Shown: positions 12,450-24,689 of the stretch, piece by piece | How the letters are laid out: each line of letters opens with the position of its first letter | How positions within the stretch are numbered: the first letter of the stretch is position 1 | Source of the DNA: Takakia lepidozioides | Lineage: Eukaryota; Plantae; Bryophyta | DNA length: 64,000 bases | Direction of reading: 5' to 3' | Assembly: GCA_030704615.1 (NCBI GenBank) | Contig: CM060734.1 | Location: 3,658,001-3,722,000 of the forward strand | Notes under the pieces: generated by a model | What the model saw: only the letters and a program-made list of their open reading frames with translations | Database searches by the model: none | Told to the model about the DNA's origin: nothing | Translations under genes and position numbers: made by a program

Positions 12450-14040
12450 TCCTAACTGTCATAGCCGAAATGGGCACTACTACCCTCATCTCCACCTTCA
12501 GAGGAACCTGCCCCACCTTCCTCCTCATCCCCCTCATCCTCTGAGCTCTGAGATGTATCAGTACAACTATGCCTCTAAAAAATACCGTCCTCTCCTTGGG
12601 GGACTGTCCACTTCACCTCCTGGGAATCTTCTCCTTCTTCTCCCGTACTTTCCGCAGTAGAATCTAAGACAAATCAATGGATCTTGCAAGCTCTAATAGC
12701 TGCGCGCCGCCTCCTTCATCTTTCATGGTCTAAAATTTGTTGTACACGACTAGGTTCGGAAGACCTCATAATGGACACCCTAGCAAGCCGGTCCGCATAA
12801 GAAGGAAGGGTGAAGTCCCTTTGAGGACTACGGAAGAAATCCCCCCCTGCCAAAATCGGCACGTCCCTCCTGCCAATGAACTACGGTGAAGTCCTTCCTC
12901 CTGCAGTACTTGGCATCCTGCAGTAAGAACAAAACCACGTCATAAATGTCCATACCAAAAGAATCCAGAACGGGTCTTTCAATGAAAGTACAAAAGGAAG
13001 GGAGGTGCCTCACGAAAACAGGATGCACCTTACACTGCAACCACTCACTCGCAAACCGGGGGCTCCTCGGCTGCAATCCCAACGTCCTCCTCCCCCTGCT
13101 CCTTTTCCGAATTTTCCTCATCCTCTAAGGTTGTCTCTTCCTCTTTTGGCAGACGTTGCACCCCTGCAAGATGAGACTTGTAGAGGGCAGTATCTGCCTT
13201 GAAAGCAAATACATGCCTGACAGACGAGGTCACAACCCACAGTATTGAAGCACCTGATGGACAACGGGGGAGGTTAGCAGAATGCGACATGTAATTGGAC
13301 CCGTTTGACAGGGGACATCATGTGAAGGCTTACCAGTGCCACATGTGAGGTCAATAATTCTGCCTTGGACATCAGATTTCGTCTCCATTAGCGTTTGAAT
13401 GAAAGTAGGGCCCCGGTCCGGCTGTACCAAAACGACCTGTTGCCACTGTCACGGGGCATACTATCCTTGGGCACATGGTTGTATATGACATCGTACGTAA
13501 GAGGGTCCACGGCGGCATTGACAAGATGACCGTCACGGCAGAATTGGAACGGGGAGCTAGACTTCACGAAACAATATGCATCAAAGATCCATTCCAAAGC
13601 ACAAACTATGTACGAGTCACCACAACATGAAAGTTGACGCAACACAATGATAACTTACACTCTTGCCCTCCGTTCGCAACCCTTGCGTATTGATGCAGAA
13701 CCATTTTTTGAGGAGGCCAGGGTCGCACTCTTCGGAGTCCACCTTGCGAGAGCCATCTCTTCCTTCTTGGCTAGGACAACCATACACCCAGCATCATCGA
13801 GGAGCATCCTCGCCAGCCCAAATCCAGCTTTCTCGTGGTCCTCACTGAACTGATTCCAGCTGGCCGGGACACCCTCAAGGCCCTCCAGTAGCTCCCCATC
13901 AGGAATATCTAGGAGAATCGTATTGCAGGCTCTCTCCACCTGAGCTCCCCCTCGTGCGTGCCATGACTGTTGTCTAGGTTCGGCACAAGAAGAACTCCCT
14001 CGATGTCGAAGCATACATTTTTGAATGGAACGTTGCTGCA
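12450..14040 (-). pseudogene. Spliced beta-class amino (N4C/N6A) DNA methyltransferase-like gene, decayed and TE-associated
   Basis: Order on the minus strand: TILLDIPDG (motif IV-like)…VPASWN…ARMLLDDAGCMVV…KWFCIN | intron | …YDVIYN…FIQTLMETKSDVQGRIIDLTCGT (motif I) | intron 13333-13254 | GASIL…VRHVFAFKAD (motif II), then an acidic tail. Contains frameshifts. Confidence 0.65.
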
Positions 14041-14099
14041 GATTAGAAACAGGAAAAGCTTATTATTATCAAACATGCCATTTGTATCCTTGTAGTTAT

Positions 14100-14220
14100 A
14101 CCCAAACTTGGCATACATGTCCACTACGGCAACGTTCAAAATCGCATCAGATACAATACTAGCTTTGACTATATCAGCGTGGACCTCTGCACCCTTTTCT
14201 AGGGCTGCTAGGCTTGCATT
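14100..14220 (-). pseudogene. PLS-class PPR repeat fragment
   Basis: ASLAALEKGAEVHADIVKASIVSDAILNVAVVDMYAKFG matches the L-S PPR pattern (…AL..G..vH…alvdMYaKcG). Confidence 0.75.
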
Positions 14221-14420
14221 TGACATACATATCCACCAAGGCAGTGTTTACAGCTGCTCAGTCACTCCCCCCCCCCCACCTTCTTTTTTATTTATTTTCC
14301 CTCATCTTTCATTCTCTCTCCCTCTATCCCTCTCCCTGGTGGGGGGCGAGACTGAGCAGCAGTAGTTGCTTCTGCATGCTCAGTCCCCTCCCCCATGTTT
14401 GTTTTTTTGTTTGGTGTGCT

Positions 14421-14454
<34 letters not shown>

Positions 14455-14514
14455 ACGCTCAAACTGGGCGCGGGGTCAATGGCCACAAGGCTACGGCAAA
14501 CAACGTCTTATGAG

Positions 14515-14572
<58 letters not shown>
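14421..14572. repeat. Two (CT)n microsatellites
   Basis: CT runs at about 14422-14450 and 14520-14572. Confidence 0.95.
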
Positions 14573-14573
<1 letters not shown>

Positions 14574-16617
14574 AATCCTGGGGAATTTTGAATTCAAGTT
14601 CTGCAAGATTCTGATATATTAAATCTGAAAGGACGAATGGAATCTGGATGCACATTAAGCATCCATCCATGCCCACAAGGAATCTTCTAGAGTTTAGGGT
14701 TCCAGGCATCATCTCGAAGCAATGAAGTTCTTTGGGGACTGCACGAGGAGACACCTGCATGGTGTTTTGATTATACAAGACGGCAAATTACACCTTGGCG
14801 CTCCTTCTTCCCGCCAGCAGCATTTACTCCTAGAAAACCTGATCTAATTGCCATGGCTATAACAGGAGCAATTTCTCTCTCTTACTCGCATTACCTGTTT
14901 TTTCCTTCGTATCGCGAGTGGGATCAGATGGTTCAAGCTGCGTCGCTTCCACAAGTCTTAAAGGTTGTAGTGGTTGCACACATCTTTGTTTGCTTTCCAT
15001 AGCATGTTTGACAGCGATAACAAGCACGCACAACCGCTGATACCTGATGCATCCTCACTAACTGGCACCTTTGTGGTGGGTTCTTGGGACAGGCACAGGT
15101 AAGGGTGCTGCGATTTTCATGATATGTTAAGCTACTCTATACAAAGATGAGGAAGGGAAGGATGCTACCACATGTTGCAGGAAGCAAGGGTGACTCTAGC
15201 CTACCATGTGATGGCAGGCTCTGGATTGAAAGGGTTTTTTAAGGGAAGTAGAAACCTAGGCATGGTTCTAGTGTTTTGCCTGCTCGGTATTTCAGACTTG
15301 ACTAACAGAGGATATGAGCTGTTGTTCTCAGACAACATTATGTTTCCATACCTACTGTCTTGTCATTGCTTTATATCTCAGACTTTACTGTCAGCTAGTA
15401 GCCCTGTTGAATGCAGATAGCTTGGCACTATTGCTGCTATGTATTTCTCTTAGTACATGACAAATATTAGGAAACTGCTTTGAGGAACATGCTAAGTGCC
15501 AAAAAATCCACCCACCCACCATCTTTGGGTACTTTATGGGTGGTTCTTGGTTCTTAGAAATGAGAAAGCAGGATACCTAATAGTAAAAACTGTCTATGGC
15601 AAAAAGTTTGCAACAATTTTGAAATGGCTGACCTACTGTAGAGATAGCAGTTTAAGGTGTAGCTGCAGTCACCTTGCTGCTCTACATGTCAGAGGAGGGT
15701 GAAAGCTGAGATTGCTTTGGACTTCAGATAGCCTAGTCCTACCTTTGAAAAGATTTACAAGGGTCAGGAAGCTTCTCTGAATTACATTCTAAGTTTATTA
15801 CAGTTTTTAAAATGCATGCAGCACATGTTTTTGTCTAACCTCCAGTTGCAGTGAATTGAAAGTTCATGGAGGTTGCTGCTTTTCATATTCTTGAAAGAAG
15901 TGTAGTTGTACTGGAGATAAGCTACCTTTGGCCATCTTATCTGATGCATGCTGCTGTTTTTTCAGATTCTTAGGATAGATGGTACCTCTATAAGTTGCCA
16001 GAGACCTCTGTATCTGATACATTTTTTAGGAATCTGCCCTGAGTGGCATTCTAAGTGCCCAAACAACCACCCACCCACCCTCTTTTGGGAAGTAAGGGGG
16101 ATGTTAGACTCTTAGAATGGGTATGGCAAGATACCTAGCAGGAAAGCAAACTAATAAAGAGCCTGATGTACATAAGAATGTCTGATCTGTGTGATAAATG
16201 ATAAAACATCCCACCCACCCACCCATCTCTCATGGGCTTGGACTAAGGAGGATGTTAAGCTCTTAGGAAGAATTGTACATGATTGTTGACAAAGATTTGG
16301 TCATAATGAAATCACAGCAATGATAAAACTAGTGATAGTGCTTTTCTTTTTGTCCCACAAATAGTCTTAGCTGATATACCGGGTAGGTACTTTGACAGCC
16401 CGATTTGTCGGGGCGTTAGAGCTGGTCGCGCGGCGCTGGAGCTGGCGCTTGGAGCTCGGGCGTGGGCGCTTCAAAGGTGCGTTTCTCCTCCACCCTAAAC
16501 CCTCTCTCACCTCCTCTTTGGTGCACACTACAACTTGGAAAAGAGGGGGGAGGGTGTTGTAGGCACTTAGGGAAAAACAAAACGAAAGGTTGGCGGGGTG
16601 CACGATCTTGCGACGCC

Positions 16618-16710
16618 CCCGGAGGTTTACTATTTCATGAGCCAGAAACCATGAGCCGCATGAGCCGTGAGCCGAAGTCTAAGACACACAGTTTTCATGA
16701 GCGGACTTCT
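16618..16710. mobile_element. DNA transposon terminus (CCCGGAGGTTTACTATTTCATGAGC…) downstream of the MULE transposase
   Basis: Contains repeated CATGAGC/GTGAGC motifs and resembles the 12208 terminus. Confidence 0.5.
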
Positions 16711-17524
16711 CCAAATTTGGAAATGCGGCAGATTAAAAAAGTATTAAAATAATTTTTTTTTTAAATTTGTCATTAACTATTTTGGAATTTCCAGATCATG
16801 TAATGCGGCGAAGATATGTCGTGAGCAACAAGGTGGCTCATGGTTTCGTAAGTCTGCTCATGGAAAAACCCACCGTGAAACGAAAAATCCAGTATCCCAC
16901 AGCAAAAAGACGCTGTATACTGGCGTGTATTAAATATTCCATGGTTTTATATGCCCTAACTTTGGAACGAAGCTAATCATTTTCTCGCGATTGTATGATC
17001 CCCATGCAACAACATAGTGTGCAGTGCTTGAAAAAACTTGCTTCTTCCTGCATTCTGCGGGAAAGGTTTTGCCACTCCATTGCGAAATGCGGTGCCGTAT
17101 TTCGATTCGCACGTGCGAAATTTTTGAGGAGTTTCCTGTTGAAGGTAGTCGGCGCCTAGAAGACTCGGTGCGACTATCTTACTATGACCAAACTAGGTGC
17201 TGGTAGTGGCGGCCACGGTACTTCGAAATGCGGCGCCACATTTCCTTGCTGGGCGTCGAATGAGGTATTAAAAGTTTGGGATCAGGAGAAAAGTTACAAG
17301 CCCAAAAAAAATTCCATGCACGTGGAAACAGAAGGCAATGACATATTTGTATACTAGTATGACCAAAATGCGTACTGGTAGGACAGACACAACTCGAACT
17401 GTTCTCTTGCCAAAGTCAGAGGTACTTGCAGTGCAGTACAGTTCAACTATAAATGAAACTTTGGAAAGGATGGGCGTAATATTGTCTTGTGCCTTGAAAA
17501 CCACGCTCACTGGTCCCCTGGATC

Positions 17525-19385
17525 CATATTCAGAAGAGTGAACACCTCGGCGGGGTTCAACGATGGTGCATGTATGTAGTAATGAGTGGTGGAATTACAC
17601 CCGAGTCTCTTTAAGTACACGTAGTACAGATGTTTGCCAAGGCAATACGATGCCCTCTTCTTGGTCATGATCTAGAAATCTTTGCAATTGCAGATGGGTA
17701 ATTCTGAAATGGTGATGGTGTACACCTCATTGAGGACAACTGAGCCTGCCGTGACCAACTGATAAACACGCCCAAAGCCTGGTGGGGGCACTTCTGTTGA
17801 GCTCTGGATTGTACAGTTCATCCCAAGTGCATTCCCCATCATTGTCTCGTTCACTTTTGAGGGAGGTCGCCGTCTCCTCGGTTTCCCCTGGCAATGGTGT
17901 GTAGGATGCGCATTGTTGTCGCGTCGGTCTGCTCTTGCTCTCATAGGGGTGGGTGGTTGACGCTGTGCAACCGGAAATGGTTGTCTGGGGACATCAGTTT
18001 GCTGCACCATCTGAAATCCTGTTGCAGTTAGGGCGTCGGCCTCAACCTGACTCAGATTGCATCCCGGTTCCACCGGCCACACCGGGGGAGCCTCTGGCAT
18101 TGTTTGTATGTCGGGCTTGGGCTTTCCATAGACACAAGTCATAATGTCATGCCTGTAGAACCAAAACTGGATCGTCGTCGTCTCCACAAACTTGGCACAG
18201 ATAAATCTTCCCGTGAAAGTAGGAGCACGGACAGCCCCAACTAGGTTCCTCCTTATCATCTCTCCACAATGTTGTCGTGTATCCACTTGAATTGCGGAAC
18301 ACCTGCCTCGATACCGAGGCAGTGTACGAGCAATTCTCCACTGTGACGTAGACACAGTCATCTCCACAATGGGTTGCCCATACTGCATAACAGCAAGCGG
18401 AATCTGGGGCAGGCATACCGATGGAATTTCACCGAATTTCACGTACAGAATCCCCGCTTGAAGGCGATGGCGATCTTGAAACTCTTGGGCTTCCACTGAT
18501 GGAAGAGAGATTGTGCGGCAACATGACTGGACCTTGAGGCGCAGTCCGAATGTTCATGTCGGATCGCCATCCTCTTCACAGTCAGGTTTGTCTTCAATTC
18601 TCCACCTCACAGGGTGAGTATGGACGTCGCCCTCTAGATGTTCACCTCTGTGGTGCAGAGGCGTCCCTTTGATATTCTCTCGCAATGTCGTCGCCCATTT
18701 CACTGCATTTTTCGACCTCGAAGCAGTTCGTACCAACATTTCCTGCCTATCCGGCCCAAAGCCCCATTGTTTACCGCTGAGGAATTTGTAGTACCTTGCT
18801 TGTTGGATGATTGATCTGTCGATGTCCTCTATTGTGGCCGTCAGGAGGTCGACCAAATGGGCAGCAGAAGACGCTCGCCAAGAGAAGTGGACTAATTCAG
18901 CCATATTTGTGGTCGGCGTATCCGTGTCCGAATCCAGGCCCATGTCCCACAAGGACAGAAAGAATGGTGAGGGAAAATAGAAATGTGTGGAATAGAACAA
19001 GTTTGACATCATACCTCCCACATGTACTGACCGAACTATCCATACCGGTAATGCCACCACCCCAACCAATTGTGCAAGGCTCCTAGATTGATTGTCTCCA
19101 CTGCACCTGACGTGTTCCACCAAGCCTCGATGATTGCAAACTTCACCTCCGCGTCATCAAATGTGGGTGCATCCTTCCACGCCATACAAAGGACACGGTG
19201 TTCAGCTTGGAAGGAGCTTGCAACAAATTTGCCTGTGTAGTGAGAAAGACTCTGCATCCAATGGAATCCACAGGATCTCTCTTTCCCCTCCATCGGAACA
19301 TCTGGGTCCTCCCCATACACACGCCACACCGCTGCCCAGTTAACCTGAGCGTTGTCTGCCATGAATACACCCACACTTCCCCCTA
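17525..19385 (-). mobile_element. MULE-like transposase with C-terminal SWIM zinc finger (5'-truncated, decayed)
   Basis: FMAD…ERSCGFHWMQSL (D and CxxH motifs); after an intron, TTNMAELVH (catalytic E); SWIM region YTITISELPICNCKDF…LGKHLYYVY. Contains frameshifts and stops. Confidence 0.75.
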
Positions 19386-19847
19386 TGGGGCTCCCTCACA
19401 CAATGGTCCTCTATATTCCACTCAGTCAGTTACATATGCCCCGCATATGTCCATTCAAATAATTTGCAAAAAAACTTCCACACCTCTACCAATTACGCAC
19501 ATAAGTTCTGCATATGTACACTCGTCACACCAGATCTGGCACCACAATCTCTCACCACAGAACTCTTGCGGTACCCTACCCTGTCATCCCACAGAGCCCT
19601 CTACCCATTCCAAAATCCATCTCTCCAGCAATTACATATCATATGCCTACCCACCACTCACAAGGGCCCTCGTTGCCTCACCATTTCATCCCTACCCCCT
19701 GCCCCTCCCATCCGTGTCACCCCACCCCCCCTTGCCCAGATTTGACCCATATGCCATGCCAAGTGATTACCTGTTATCTCACCAACCCAATCCCGCACCC
19801 CCAACCCAAGATCCAATCAATTCTACTCCTACTTAACACCCTGCCAC

Positions 19848-20400
19848 CACTACAGCAAATGGGGGGGGGGGGGTTGCGATGCCAGCCGCGCCCCCACACC
19901 CCGCGCGGCACCGAGCATGCGACACCAACCCCGCGGAGCCTGTTTGCGATGCCGGGCCGTCGCAACCAAACCCCGAGGGTCGCCCTTGGCGCCAGGGCTA
20001 GGCGGCGACGCCTGGCCGTCGCACGGGCGGATGAAGGGCAAAAGGCAGCCCTTCCGTGCGATGCCCAAGCGTCGCCCCCCATCAAAGGGCAGAAGGCAGC
20101 CCTTTCTGGCAACGGCCGGTTGTCGCACGACGAAAAAAAAAAAACCCTTTCTTGCCCTTTCTTTCATCGCAGCCCTTTCTTGCGACGCCAGGCCGTCGCA
20201 TGGTGGCATGAAGGGCAAAAGGCCCCTGCAACGGCCGGGCGTCGCAAACTGGCCGGCTACCCTATTCTTTCAAAACAAAAAAACATATCACAGTTTGCGA
20301 CGGCTTGCCGTCGCCGTTTGCGACCCCCGGCCTCATAAATCCAAAAAAACGCGTTGCATGTTGCGACGCGTGGGGGTCGCAGGCAACGACGGCAGGGCTT
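19848..20400. mobile_element. CACTA terminus with GCGAC/GTCGC-rich subterminal repeats
   Basis: CACTACAGCAAAT at 19848, followed by many GCGACG/CGTCGC motifs in both orientations; lies 3' of the minus-strand CACTA transposase. Confidence 0.75.
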
Positions 20401-20734
20401 TCTAGGTTTAGGTTTAGGGCCTTTGGGGGGTTTTAGTTTTTTTTTTTCCATATGGTACCGGGGTAAGGTGTTTTTTTTTTTCTTTATGGTTTAGCTTGTT
20501 GTTGTGGACCTTCTTGTAGATTGTGAGATTCATTTTGATAATTCTCTTGATACCACATCTGTATGTGGTTCTCCAACATATTCATTGCCTCTGCCTTCTT
20601 TCTTGAAAGACTAGCAGCCACAGCCATATTTGATCAATCATAGAAATAAACTACAATATGCATGTACATGAACAATCAATCGAAGGGATGGGTACAGTTC
20701 GGTGCGAGAATTGTTATGTAGCTTTGATTTTGTG

Positions 20735-22550
20735 TCTAATCAACTTGAACATCATCATCCGGAGCTTCTTCATCCTCATCAAGCTGCAAGTCTTCTTGGT
20801 CATTGGAGTCATCGTCATAATGGCCCGACCCTCAAAAGGGACCTCCGAATCATCCTCCACCTCGTTGTCAATGGCCGTGTCTTCGTCTCCTTCTCCAACA
20901 TCCGTATCTTCTGGATCTTCATCATATAGGGTCCGGGATGCATTGTCCGGGGCATCATCATCCTCTTCTACCCCCTCTACCCAACCTCCATCATCAGCAT
21001 CATTATGACCAGTCTCTCCGTCCACCGCAATTGCCTCACCCCATGGAGATCCGAGACCATGATAGATACGTCTTCCTCTTGGCTGAGCATGCACAACCAC
21101 CTTCCAATTCCCCCCTCTTGTTTTGTCATCGGAGAAGAAAACTTGCTCCATGTCTGAAGGCCGTGAAAAAGGCTCATCGGAGGGACGATGAGTAGGGTTG
21201 TGTCGCGGCCCTTTGCCATAAGGGCAGGGGGTTGGGACACAAGAGGGGCTGCCCTGTGGTGGGGGCAGTGGCAACAATAGGAACGGGGGCTGAAGCACCC
21301 TTGAGTGCCCAAGGCACTCAAGGAGGCGGAGGCGCTCTGTCGCGGCCCTTTGCCTTAAGGGCAGGGGGTCGGGACACAAGAGGGGCTGCCCCTGTGGTGG
21401 GGGCAGTGGCAACAATAAGAACGGGGGCTGAAGCACCCTTGAGTGCCCAAGGCACTCAAGAAGGCGGAGGCGCTCACTAGGTGGAGCCCCGCACACCGGG
21501 TTGCGGTGGGGTGGCTCCATGAGGAGTGGTGGTAGCTTAGTGGGACTTAGTGGGGGTGGCATAGGACTCACCATGGGGCGGAGACCTTGTGGTGGGAGTT
21601 GTGGGGAGTCTTGGGACTCATCACGGTCCAATGGGGCCGTGGTGGATGGGCCAAGACTCACCGCGACTCATCACCGGGAATCGAGGGTTTTTGTGGTGGT
21701 TTGCCATAAAAGGATGGTGTTGTTTGTGAAACCCCCATGGACAGTCACAGAAGTATATATAGGGAGTAGTAACCCCGAGAACGGTGCAAGCCCGTTGGTG
21801 ACCAAAAACTAATGAGTAAGCGTGCGAGCCGGAAAGCGACCAAGGTGTGGGGAGCTATTCCAGACTGCCAACAACCAAAGGGAATCTCCACTAGGCCCAA
21901 ATTGAGAGAGGGTCTTGTGGAGGAGTAAAGGAGGACCGTTATGTCCCGGTGAGCAGCCGAAGCTCCGAGTTGGCCCGGCGGCCAGTTTGGGAGTTAGGCG
22001 CGTGCATCAAAACAAGTAACTATGACTTGAAGGGGAGCTTACCGAAGTGAGGTGCATGACAGGTTGAGCCTATCTGCATTGACACGCATGAAACCACGAT
22101 CATCTTGTACTAGTGTTACGGAGGCCCCCACAAGATGTGGCTGGAACCACCTTCCCTTGAAGAGAAGAGGCTGGTACCTTGTATACTGAAGTTGGAGTAT
22201 GCTCTCAAGCTCTCCAATGTACTCAAGTTTGCTCATAGCAGGTCGTGTATCTCCCTTGCCCCGCATGGAGTCTTGCCAATATGTGGCACACAAGCCAGAA
22301 TCAAAGGTTGTTTTGCGCTTCATGTCAAGAGCACGAATGCGGAAATGACGACCGTGAACCCAAACCGCCGTGTATGAGGTTGCGAATTGAGAGGGGCCCC
22401 TTGCAACGTCTTGCACCAAATCTGAAACCACCTCTCCTTGAGCAACGGCGTCATAAACTGAAGTCCGAAGCCACTGTTGGAATGAACTTAGAGGCTGCAA
22501 TTCCATGGGCAAATTTTGTGAAGGAACATTCCGGCGGCCCGCTTCTCATC
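20735..22550 (-). mobile_element. CACTA/EnSpm transposase C-terminal part (DUF4216-like plus acidic tail), split by a solo LTR
   Basis: GRHFRI…TFDSGL…YIGELESILQLQY…FKGRWF…DDRGFMRVN. The frame resumes after the LTR as NPTHRPSDEPF…EQVFFSDD…WKVVV. Confidence 0.8.
21201..22061 (+). mobile_element. Solo LTR of the chromovirus family, with its 5' 137 bp tandemly duplicated
   Basis: TGTCGCGG…CATGACA, flanked by GGTTG TSD (21196-21200 and 22062-22066). Homologous to the 27740-28465 LTR; a second LTR start occurs at 21338. Confidence 0.93.
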
Positions 22551-22554
22551 GTGG

Positions 22555-24688
22555 GCTGGAGCGGATTGGCTCCATTGATCTGGTAGTGGCAGGTTGGCCC
22601 TGCCAAGGGCATTCATCAGCCAGGCATGGCAATGGATTGCGAGACTCGAGGTCGGGTCCGTTTTGGGAGATGGTGCGGATGTTGCGCCACTTACAGCTTC
22701 ATCAAGCTGTATCTCCAGCATACATCTTGGAGAATGTGCCATTGATGGGCGATTCTTGGGCCAGGGTGATGGCCAGTGTGCATCAAGTCCGGTCGTGGCT
22801 TGGGTCAGCAGTGTTGCTGGATGCAGCTGCAGTGGGGTCACGGGCTCATCGTCCACGGCTATGGTGGACTAACTTGATGTCACCCGCACTGCTCAAGCGT
22901 GCATTTGATCGGGTGCAGCGTCCAGCACACCTCACAGTGGATAGCATTTTGGACACAGGGAGGCAGTCTCAGTGTATGAGACACGATGACCATTTGCCTT
23001 TGGCAATGGTCAACAAGATGGGTCAACCACAAGCAACACTACCTACACTGCTTAGCTTCCCAGGATCGCATGCTTTCCGGGATAGTGGACCTGGTCTCCT
23101 GTGGGATGCTCAGTTGCAGCAGTTAGTGGAGCCTAACGCCGACGAGCGAGAGCAGGCTATAGGTTTTTCCACTGGGACCACGGCGGTGCCTTCTCTTTCT
23201 AAGGCATCACGTCGTCAGGTGTTGGGGCAAGCGATGGATCTCAATTGCTTGACCTGGATTATCAGCTTGGCTATGGCTGAGCAATGTAGAGTGCGGAGTG
23301 CACTTCCCCTGACTGTCTCTCTGCCTACCGAGACGGTACAGGCAGTGAGTGGGGGTGAGCCGGTGAGGACCACGGGGTGTAGACATCCATGGCACACGTG
23401 GGAGGTGCTCGAGGTTCAGAGGGAGTTGGCAGCCAAGGCGGCTGTGATGGATGAGGTTGGGGATTCTTCTCGGGTCAAGGAGGTCCTCAAGGATGAGATG
23501 ATGGGGCAGGATGAGGCCTTATCATTGACTGAGCAGGCAGGGAGTACTGCTCTGAGGTTGCGGCATAACAACCACGGGACGCGTCTTCTACCTCTAAGTC
23601 TGCTGGACTTAAGGTTGCAGTTACGGAGGACAATTGGGAGCCTGACATTGGACCCATTGTCACTGGAGGAGAGAGACGACGTATACGGCAGTTCCTGAGG
23701 GCTTATAGGAATTGCTTTGCCTCTCGTGCTACGGTGGAGGAACATAATAGACATGTTCAGGTTGTGCATCGACCGGGTTTGGTCAATAGGGATGCGGATG
23801 GATTGAATCGCAATCCATGCACGAGCCAGCAGGATGACACTGGAGCTCGGTGGCATGGTGAGACGGACGAGGAGATGGTGCCGGGATGGCATGCATCTGT
23901 CTCTTTGTGTATCTTGGCATTGTCAAGGACGAGAACATGACTGAACACAAACAAGAGATAAAACTAGAGGTACAATGCTAGACAAGAAGTCAAGGTCGGC
24001 GTGGCCGAATGCACGATAAGTAAATAGGAATCAAGACGATCTTTATAACAATGAACAAGAGTACAAGATATTGGAACACGACTTGAATACTGGAATGCTG
24101 GAAACTGGACTAGAGTACCAGATACTGGAAACTGGGCTAGAGTACTGGGAACTGGACTGGAGTACTGGAAACTGGAAACAAAAATAGCTTGAACTGGTGT
24201 TGGCGAGACTGAAGAGTGTCAAGTCTCGCCTCCTATATATATTGGCTACTAAGAAGCTTCCCCAAGAAGCTTCCCCTATGGAGGTTTCTTGCTGGAGAAG
24301 TTTCCAAGATTAAACAAATGTTTCTTGATGGAGAAGCTTCATTAAACAAAGGAGGTATCTTGATGGAGAAGTTTCCTCCAAAGGAAGCTTCTTGAGTAGT
24401 TTCCCAAGTTACTCTTGGTAATTTGGTAAACTACCGGTAACTTGGTAAATAATGGTAAATCACGGTAAGTCATGGTAACTTTCGGTAACATGGTAACTTG
24501 GTAACTTCTAGTATTTACTCCTGGTAAGTTCTTCTGGGCTATGTCCGTAACAGGCATCGGGAGGTCAGGTTGGACCTACAACAGGGATGACTGTAGACGG
24601 AGTGTCTGAGGACCCTGAGGCTAGTGATGAGCCAGGTGGTGCCAGAGATATACATGAGGATTCGGTTGTGTTGGACTACCTCCGCACC
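22555..24688 (+). mobile_element. Ty3/Gypsy pol remnant carrying a C5 cytosine DNA methyltransferase
   Basis: IDLVVAGWPCQG (motif IV), YILENV (VI), AHRPRLWWTN (VIII), EREQAIGF (IX), LGQAM (X). Then pre-RT RQFLRAYRNCFA, an RNase H end VVHRPGLVNRDADGLNR, and DIHEDSVVLDYL. Motif I and RT are missing. Confidence 0.85.
23921..24552. mobile_element. Solo LTR (632 bp) of an unrelated family
   Basis: TGTCAAGGAC…GTCCGTAACA with GGCAT TSD (23916-23920 and 24553-24557); internal ACTGGA and GGTAA repeats. Confidence 0.88.
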
Positions 24689-24689
24689 C

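Noticed and set aside
14600-16360. Protein-coding gene
   Set aside because: Only an isolated exon-like segment (about 15003-15098) with no recognisable product.
20714-21661. 315-aa proline-rich protein
   Set aside because: Chimeric read-through of antisense solo LTR into the CACTA transposase tail.
22505-23698. Functional 397-aa host DNA methyltransferase
   Set aside because: The first ~16 codons are antisense CACTA sequence, the SAM-binding motif I is absent, and the downstream context is retroelement pol.
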